Shown here piece by piece: positions 55,421-64,000 of a stretch of DNA of 64,000 bases. Position 1 is the first letter of the stretch. Every line of letters begins with the position of its first letter. The position numbers and the translations under genes were made by a program. The notes below the pieces were generated by a model. The model was given only the letters and a program-made list of their open reading frames with translations. It did no database searches and was not told the origin of the DNA. The stretch is from Camelus ferus. Taxonomy: Eukaryota. Location: assembly GCF_009834535.1 (NCBI RefSeq), contig NC_045696.1, positions 77,812,001 to 77,876,000 of the forward strand, written 5' to 3'.

Positions 55421-57789
55421 AATTTAGAGACTCTCACATCTTCTTACAGTACTTTCATAAAGAACAATGCTCTGTTTTGCAAATGAAAGTTGTATTTGAT
55501 TCTGTAAAGGAATAAGAGACTGGTTTATTCGATCTAACTTCATTATTTTACCTCAACAAATTTTGATACCTCTCTTACTTCTAATAATTCATAGTATGCA
55601 TAGCCATTTCTACTCTTGGAAAAGAAACATGAGAATTACTTTATTTCACACAAGACACTATGGTAATGACTTATGGTCCCTGACGGCATGTCGTCCGCTG
55701 GATTCAGATCAGTGATCCAGAAATGAAAAGCTCCTTCCAGTATTGTCCAGCTTTTTAAATTTCAGACACCAACAAATTTAGGGCTTTCTCTTTTAAATCA
55801 GAATGACTTGAGGTAACTTTCGCCTTCCTTGTATATGCTAGATTATTTCTCCCTTCTCTAATCTTCTTTGATATGGATAATAAAAACAAGCTCCAACTCC
55901 ATACAGGCTGTGATCACTCTATGTCAGTTCAACTATTTTCACTTACTCGATCTATGTAAACAAATATATGTGGCACAATTTCCATGATTCTGTTCTCACT
56001 ATAAGCCATTCTTCCTTGAGATAAAACAGCCTAAAACTACTTTTGTAATACCATTACTTAATTAACATGCCAAAATATTTCCTTAATGTATGTTTTCTAA
56101 ATATTTGTGTAGTCTCTTTTTGTTCCACCCTTAGTTTTATCAGAATTTTTAGAGTTAAATACTTAGCTACAAAATCCAGCCACCTTAACAAATCTAATGT
56201 TTCATTCTCCCTCAAGGATGGTATAAATATAAGAGTTGTTATTTTACTGCTAGATGCTAGGATGAGTAACCTGATCTGTTAACCCCTTCTACTGTGGTCA
56301 TGAGGATATTCAAATTCTCAGTCATTTTATTCCCACACCAGCAGCCACTGTCATCAGCAATTCAGATGGGTCCTTCATTCTAAGTCCTGCTTATAGCCAA
56401 CTGCAGCGTTATTCTACATGACTAAGTCTTCCAGCTCTCACCACTCAAGCAAGAGATGTCCTGGCAGAGAATTTGGTCTAAGTACAAAAAAAGTTGTCAT
56501 AAAATTTCTGATTCATTGCACCCCTTTCCAACATTTTATCAGTACTAAGATATAATTCAGTGCAGCAGACATGGAGAATGTGGTCTTAAACAAAATAATC
56601 TCACAAAATAATCTCAAAATGGGTCCTGTTTCTCTAAAATCTGTTTGAAAGTAAAATTACAACATGGGAAAGAAAAATAAAACATGATTACTTTATCACT
56701 TTGTAATTTGCTGGTGTTGTAAGAAACTTTAGTTTCAAATTCAAGGAAAATCATTTTTTTAATGAATATTTTATTTACACTTAGACGTGTGTGTATACAC
56801 ACCTGTGCATGTGCAAACACACAGCAAATAGTAAACCTGGCATGGAAACTATTTCTAAGTAATATTTAACATTTCCACACACATTGATCAAATAATTGAA
56901 TGCCAGTTTGTCCTCATTTTGTCTACATTTCCTAGATTATAGCCAAATTCAAACTAGGACCTTAAACTAACTCATACTTGCTCTCTAATTCAGATTCTGC
57001 CTGCCCACAATCTTTACTCAATTTCATTTGAAAAAGTAACAAAAGAAATCACTAATTATGTTAGATGTTCAAAGAAACATCTTTGATATAAAATTCAACA
57101 AAAGTTAAAGAGTTTCCATGAAGAGAGATGTTTTTCTGACAAGCAAATACATCAGCTATTCATGCTATTAAACATCATGCCCTTTTCCATGGCAATAACG
57201 TTGGTTTCATCATGTCACTTTTCTTCTTGGCATTTCCATGTCAGTGGTGTTTGCCTCCCTTTGGCCTATCAACACTCTAGTTAAATTGGTGCCAATCTGA
57301 TAGATTATCTTGATAAAGAATAAAAGAAATAAAGAAAATAATTTTGAAACATGTGTTTCTAACAATCCTAGGAATTCCAGACATTCTCTACCTTGCCAAG
57401 AAGTGACCTACCATATCTGAATTAGACACATTTTCTGTTACATACAGATTCCTATGTAAACTTTTCTATTAAAATGTATCTTCAAGTTGTTTAGATACTG
57501 TTTAAATTTATTTAAAAAGATGTTATGCAACTAATTCTGAAAATTAGTAATGAGATGAGATGTGGTGTAGTTTCCAAAAAGGGGCTTAATCTTCATGGCC
57601 TTCATGGGCCACTATGCATGTCAGAGAAAACATTTGCCAGGGATTCTCTTGATATAAAGGCCCTGTGGATATACTGAGGACTAATGATCAAACCTAGAAC
57701 TGAGGCACTTGGAAAAGGAAGGACAAAATCTGCCCTAATTCCCTAGACAATGCCCTGGATGCCGCCCCCCCCCCCAAATATATGTATAT

Positions 57790-58520
57790 ATTCTTCATTT
57801 ATTCATAGAGCAATTATTTGAGAACCTACGATGCACCAGTAACTGTCTTAGACTCCAAGGAAGGATCAGTGAATGAAACAAGTAAGTGTCCCTCCTTGTC
57901 CTCACGTGCCTGATATTCCAGAGGTAAGAGGCTGACAGTCAACACAGTAAGCAGATACACGGGATGTTCTGAGTGCTGGATGTACAGGATGTACAGGGTG
58001 AGGGACTGAGTAGTGCCTGGGAGGGGAGGGGTGGCAAATCTGAATAAGGCAGCTGGAGTAGTTTTCACCGTGAAAGACCATGACTAGCAGTGTGCAGAGG
58101 GGACAGCATAGAAGATGCTGTCAGTTAGGTAAGAAGGTTAGATTTTGAAGGGCCTTTTAGACCATTGTAAGGACTGGCTTTTACCGAGAGTGAAATAAGA
58201 AGCAGAGCACAGCTTGGACCGAGTTAGGTTTTGAAGGATAACTGTGGATGATATTCTGAGAATAGACTGGGGGGTGGGGGGTGGGCAGAGATAAAAGCAG
58301 GGTGAACAGTGAGGAGGCTGCTGCAATCACCTTAGGTGGGGCAAGAGTAGAGAGGGAGAATGCAGAGAGATACGACTGGATTCTGGCTCCGTGCTGACAG
58401 TCGAGCCAACAGGATTCCCGGATGGAAGGCAGGGGCAGTATGAGATAGAGAGAAGTCAGGAATGACTCCACCATTTGGGGCCTGAACAACCGGGTGAGAG
58501 TTGAGACACGTGAAGTCAGA
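57790..58520 (-). mobile_element. L2 (L2a-like) 3' region
   Basis: 'ttcatttattcatagagcaattatttgagaacctac...gaccattgtaaggactggcttttaccgagagtga...gtcaggaatgactcc...ggcctgaacaac'. Confidence 0.85.
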
Positions 58521-59094
58521 CAAGAGACACCCTCCAACTACTGACAAGTAAAAAGAGTTTAATGTCGTAACTGTGTTATGACATCATCTTATTTCTGCAC
58601 CAGACCCTGAGGAAACTTTCACTGCATCTAAGAGCTTTCATTGTGAGGACAGTAGAGAATGAGTGAGCCCCTCTTCTTGGGAAACTAAGAAATGTAGCCC
58701 CAGCGGTTGAGGGTGTGACTCCACACACAGCCTGACGGCCGCCAAAGACAGATCAGAGGATGAATGTGGACTCTGAAAACCACAGCAAATTTATCATTCA
58801 GGAAGCCAGTGATGCTGAGGGAATAAGGAGAGAGGCCACCTGGGCAACAGAAGTCCTCCAAGTCACTGACGCGTGAGCCTGAGTGGAGAAGGGGGGGAAC
58901 TCGAGAGTGCATGGCAGGGAGGTAGGCTCTGTGCGTCTTCGAGAAGAGCCTTCTCCTTCGCCTCTGCCCTCCCAGAAGAAAGACACCTGAGAAGCCTAAG
59001 AGCCTGGCACCCTACTCTGCGGAACAAGGTAAAGCTAACACGCTATTACCTCTTGATTTTACTACAGTCTGATCTGGTTTTTTTATGGGAAAAG

Positions 59095-59640
59095 AGACTT
59101 ATGTGTTTTACAGTTTTTAAAGGTGCTTTTGGCACGTTATATTAATTTGACAAGGAGGCCATTAGATGGAAACGGCTTTAATGCCTTAGTAGCCTACATA
59201 TAAGGTAAATTAAAACCTAAGGCTGAAATACCTCAAGCTTGAAAAATCAGAACGTAAGTATAACCAACCACTAGACTTTCTCAAAGAACGCAACCACTTA
59301 AGCTACAGCCAATCAAATAATGCCCTTGCTTTGCTTCCCCCTCTTCCCTGTAACAAAGTGTTACCCCTGCTCCTGTCTGTGGGGTGCACTTAACCACTTC
59401 TGGTTGGGGGCTACCCTATTCAAATCAACTGCTGCTCAAAAAGACTCTTAAATATTTAATATTTTATCTTTTATCTTTTAACAGATATACTCTTTGATTC
59501 CCACAATAATTGTTGACGTTGGTAAGATAGTTATTATTATTATTACCGTTGTCTTACAGATTGACAAAACAAAGAAACCAAACTGAGGGTGAGAGAGGTT
59601 AACCAGTTAACTAAATATCACAAGGCCAATGAACTGTCCA
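59095..59640 (-). mobile_element. MIR SINE split by an LTR
   Basis: 'ttacagtttttaaaggtgctttt' lies left of the LTR and 'ttgattcccacaataa...ttacagattga...aactgagggtgagagaggttaa' right of it. Confidence 0.6.
59135..59483 (+). mobile_element. ERV1-class (MER4-group-like) solo LTR inserted in a MIR
   Basis: (C)GTTA...TTAACA termini, 'ggaggccattaga', CCAAT box in 'cagccaatcaaataa'; no matching TSD (ggca versus gata). Confidence 0.7.
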
Positions 59641-62519
59641 GCCAGAAAGAGTCCTTCTAGACACACACGTAGGCATCAATCGCATTACCCCTGTACTGCT
59701 TATTGCTCTCCATCCTTAGCTGATACAGTTGGCAAAGCCAGCAATCACTAAGGCGACTGGTAACTGTATTTCAACTTAGTCTACACAGGCAAAGAAAGAG
59801 CACCACTGAGAGGGCCGCAATCAGCAATTAGCAGTTCTGTTATCTTAGCAGAAAGCCACACAGCCAAGCTTCCTACCTCCTTTCTCCATATGACAAGGAA
59901 AAGAAAAAAAAAAAACTATTTATGTTGGCAATTTAAACAATGTAATTTGCTTTTCATAATCCAGTTAACTAAAGTTCTTATCAATACTTGGCCTCATCTG
60001 CTTCAGTTCTAATTAACACCGAATGAACACACACACACAATCTGTGGAAATAACCTAAATCACTACATATTTTTTTGTTTTTACTGGATGCATTGTAATA
60101 TGCAACAGTACTATAATATTTTAAGAATGAGTTTGACATTATCAAAACATTATTTTCTTTACTAAAAAAAGTTAAATTCTTACTTAAAAAAAAACAAATA
60201 GCAACAGTTACTGAGTACATAGGATCCTTAATTAGGAGCATACAATATTAATCAAGGAGAATTTAAGCTGCAATGACAGCAGTTTTATAACATGATTAAA
60301 ATAATCTTGTAAATATGATTTGTTACTTGCATAGTATTTGCAAATAATTACATCTTTCAAGAGACACTTAGTGATTTAAAAGTATTGACTATTATATTTT
60401 TGCTCAGATAAACTGTGAACTGTTTTCATAAATATGTATATCTTATGAATGTAATGATTAATTTTTTCCTAACTGGGTTTTCCTGACAGACGAACTTTTA
60501 AAGCAACAGGAAACATTTTAATCTTTGGCGCTTGTGTACACTGTTCACAGTGAAAGGACATTTATGTATGTTCCTTTTAATTTCACCCTAGCCCAAATAA
60601 AGCATTTGGCTGAAAAGTGGTCCTTCTGCTGAAATATCTTGCCTCAGTATATTTGTTTAACTAAGTGACACAATTGGTCACAGTTTGCTTGCAGGACTAG
60701 CTGCTCTAACAAGCGTGAAGTTAGTCTGGTTATAATTTATATGTCAGCCAGTCTAATCTTATTATCAGCAACTCTTTGCTGCAAAACTAAATACACTGTA
60801 CCTCTTCCATCTGAAATTCCAAGCTTACAGCATTGTTCAGAGGACACAATGAAGTAATTAATAATATATAAGCATGTGCTTAGTATAGGACCTCGCACAC
60901 ACATACTCAATAAATGCTTCTTTTTCCATCCATTCTTCACATCGATCAAAGTCTTCAATGCTTTTAGTACCCAGGGCTAAGACCTGCCACCACCCACGCA
61001 GACACTCAAATGCCTCCCCAGGACCAATAGCCCATTGTTCTCAACACACGGCACCTTTGTTTGCATTAATGCCCCTCAGCAACCTAGTCTTGAAAGACCA
61101 AGTGCATTCCTTTGAGATGATTTTAAAAAGGAAACAGTACTGAAGAACTAGCCCTGAGGATGCCTGAGTTGAAGTCAAATGTTATAAAATGAGACATGAA
61201 AGTGAAGGAAAATTTTTTAATGATTCAATAGACAGTTGATTTTTAAATTTCTTGAAAGGAGGAAAAAGAGATAGAAGAAAAAAGAGAAAAGAGGATTAAT
61301 GAAGAACCTTGGACAGAGCAGGTTTAAAGGAGAATAAAAGGATACTGAAGTTGAGAGTATGTATTATGCACAGTACGGCAACTTGATCTAGAAATATTTT
61401 GCTCAACTAATACCATCTTCGAGTGAGGTTTATTTCTCAAGTAATAATTTTGTGTATTCATACAATTCTGATTTTTTTGTTTTAGGTATGTTTATTTTAA
61501 GGAAAGATTCTTGAACACAATGTATTCATCCAGCTTTTGTGTCCACATCCCAAAGATGTTATTGGGACAAGCAGAGTTTATAAATAAAATTAAATTCCCT
61601 ATATTCCTAGTAAAATGCTTAGGGAAATTAGAAAAGGTCCAAAAATTAACTAAAAGTCTCAAGGGCCCATCTGTAAAGGTTATGTTAAATATTCACCTAT
61701 GCTTTCCTCATAAAGTTCCGTAAGATCAACATCAGAGTTTCATCCAGAGAAATTATGTCTGACCTAAATTTATTGTTTTTTAGACTGAAAGGGATCAGTA
61801 ATCTCAAATAAAACTAGAATGTTAGTGAACATGTAGTTATGAATGAATTACCCTTAAGGAAGCAACGAGTCTATAAGAACAACTATCATTTTAAACACAA
61901 TGAAAATATCTTCTGAGAAATTTCAGAAATTATCACATGACAACTTACATAGCATGCTGACAAATTTCCTCAAAAGGAGCTGAAAGTTGTGTTGCTATAA
62001 TAAATGTTCTTCAAGACACTGGTGGATTAAAGGCCCACATCATAGACCACGGCCGTCTCTGCCAACTGCACAGATTTCCTGAGTTACTTTTAAAAAGCTT
62101 TTGGCTAAATAAACTCTGTCTGCAGTCTATGACTACGCATTTGAACAATTTTTATGACTTTGTCTTTTGAGATACATTTGGCGATTGGAAACTTAATACT
62201 GAACAGCCTCTTGAAAATTTCAGACTTAAGAAGCCTCCTGTGCAAAGTGAAGAATTCACTGAATATAAAATTATTGTAATTTTAACAGATGCAGAATCTA
62301 ATGAATACTTTAACATTCATGTTGAGATTTTCTAGACTTTGGCTAGTGTTGGTTAATATGTGTCCCTTAGATAAGCATATTTTAGTTTCTCTAATTCTTA
62401 CTGAAAAGTGAGTAACTTTTTTTTCCCAGCAGTACTTTGTGTTTAGCCTTAGCACTATAATATTAGAAATTCTACATCTCTAAGCTTGAGATGGATCCTT
62501 TTGAGGATTTTATTTTTAA

Positions 62520-63060
62520 GGATTTACACTGAGTACAGACGTACTGAAGTTCATGTACAATCCCACTCCAATCTCAAAAGTGAATACTGTTCTGATTTCT
62601 TTCACTATAGATTAATTCTAGGACGTTGTATAAATAGAATTGTACAAGTGTACTTTTGTGTCTGGCTTCTTCTGCAAATAATATTTTGGGATTCATGCAT
62701 GACATTGCATGTGTCAATAGATGGTTCCTTTTTATGGCTATGTATGAGTGAACCAAAATTTGCTATTCTACTCTCCTAATAGACATTTAGGTTGTTTCCT
62801 GTTTGGCCTCTTATGAATAAAGTTATCATGAATATACTTGTGCATGTCTTTGTACTTTTCATTTCTCTTGGATAAGTACCTAGACTTGGGGTTGCTGGCT
62901 GATATGTGTTTAGAAGAAATTGCCAAACCCATTTTTCCAGAGCTGGTACCATCTCATACTACCACCAGTAAAGTACGGGAATTCCAGTTGCTCCAAAACC
63001 CTGTATATAAGGTGCTGACAGTCTTTCAAATGTTCCCCGTTCTAGCAGGTATATATAAAA
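62520..63060 (-). mobile_element. Old L1 (L1MC/ME-like) 3' region
   Basis: 'cttttgtgtctggcttctt...gacatttaggttgtttcc...catttctcttggataagtacctag...attccagttgctcca'. Confidence 0.85.
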
Positions 63061-63180
63061 TTAAAAATATATACATATCTATCATATTTGCCCATTAAAA
63101 TCTGATTCACCCTTTGGGTGCTCTTTATTTATCCCTGCAGATCATTTCTTTTCAGTGTGAAGAAATTATTTTAACATTTC

Positions 63181-63400
63181 TGCATGCAAAGGGGTTAGGG
63201 GTTAACTCAGCAGGCCTGGTTCCTCACACCACACATTCCCACAAAGGCCTTTCTTTAGGACTGACCTGTGGCCACTGCAGAGAGAGGAGCTCTGAGCCCT
63301 TGGAATAGTCCACCTGATGAGAGTTTGTATGCCTGAGGGCCTGAGTCATAAACTATTACAGAGTTTATAGTAATGATGCGATTTATGGTAAACTTCATGC
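63181..63400 (+). mobile_element. MER77/MER21-group LTR 5' fragment
   Basis: 'gggttaactcagcaggcctgg...ctctgagcccttggaata...cctgatgagagt...atgcgatttatggt'. Confidence 0.7.
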
Positions 63401-64000
63401 TGAGATTTGATTCCTGATGTGACTCCAGAGATATTTCCATGTCCAGCTGCCAGGGTGCTAAACCATGAGTGGTCTGTTTTACAGCCTAAATGCCAGTTTT
63501 CTTTTGTCTTCTTTTATTTTCGGCTGTCTGAAGTAACCTTTGCTCTGCAGTCCTGTGCCTAGTTTTCTAAAGTTCGGAGATTTCTTTTTGCCCTGCTGCC
63601 CTGTTCTAAACTTCAATAGCTGCTGCCTTGTACCTGCTGCTGACTTGGAGCTCCTGGGATGGGTTTCTCTGTTTACCTCCGCCTCCCTCATCTCCAGCGA
63701 CCACCGCCCTGTACTCTGTAAAATGCTGGGTGACTCCAAGGAATTTTTTCTCAGATACCCTTCCTCGTCCTGAGCCACCGGCAGCTCGTTCTGTGTGCTC
63801 AGTGAAGAGCGGAAGCACTTGGGAGGGATTTCTCTCCGCAAACCTAACCCAGATTTCTGCAGCTGGTTCTTGTACTTGGGGACAACTTACGTGTTTCAGA
63901 GAGATTTCTCGCAGTTAGTCTGCCCTGCCCCCAGCCTCTGCTGTCCTACCTCATGCTCCTAGTGAAGGTCTATGGGGAAGAGTCCATCCCTGAAGTGGCT

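Noticed and set aside
63479..63918. Cluster of overlapping ORFs up to 120 aa
   Set aside because: Locally GC-richer DNA is open on both strands, with no recognisable domain or convincing exon boundaries.

Overview
AT-rich placental-mammal genomic DNA, intergenic or deep intronic, with no intact protein-coding gene, RNA gene or CRISPR array that I can support. The only gene-derived feature is a processed pseudogene of HNRNPDL (21553-22835, + strand). It is intronless, polyadenylated, flanked by a 10-bp target-site duplication, and disabled by three nonsense codons and a frameshift. Much of the rest is ancient eutherian repeats (MIR, L2, L1M/HAL1, MLT1 and ERV1/ERVL solo LTRs, MER3/5/8/20/58) and microsatellites. 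I saw no young lineage-specific SINEs. Outside the pseudogene the listed ORFs look like chance ORFs. I found no new biological system. The best leads are modest: the retrocopy records its parent's isoform and possibly its start site, one MLT1A LTR shows a strong AT-to-GC substitution bias, and there is a perfect 17-bp hairpin. Repeat family names and HNRNPDL comparisons come from recalled consensus sequences, not database searches. Repeat boundaries are approximate unless a TSD or terminus is cited.
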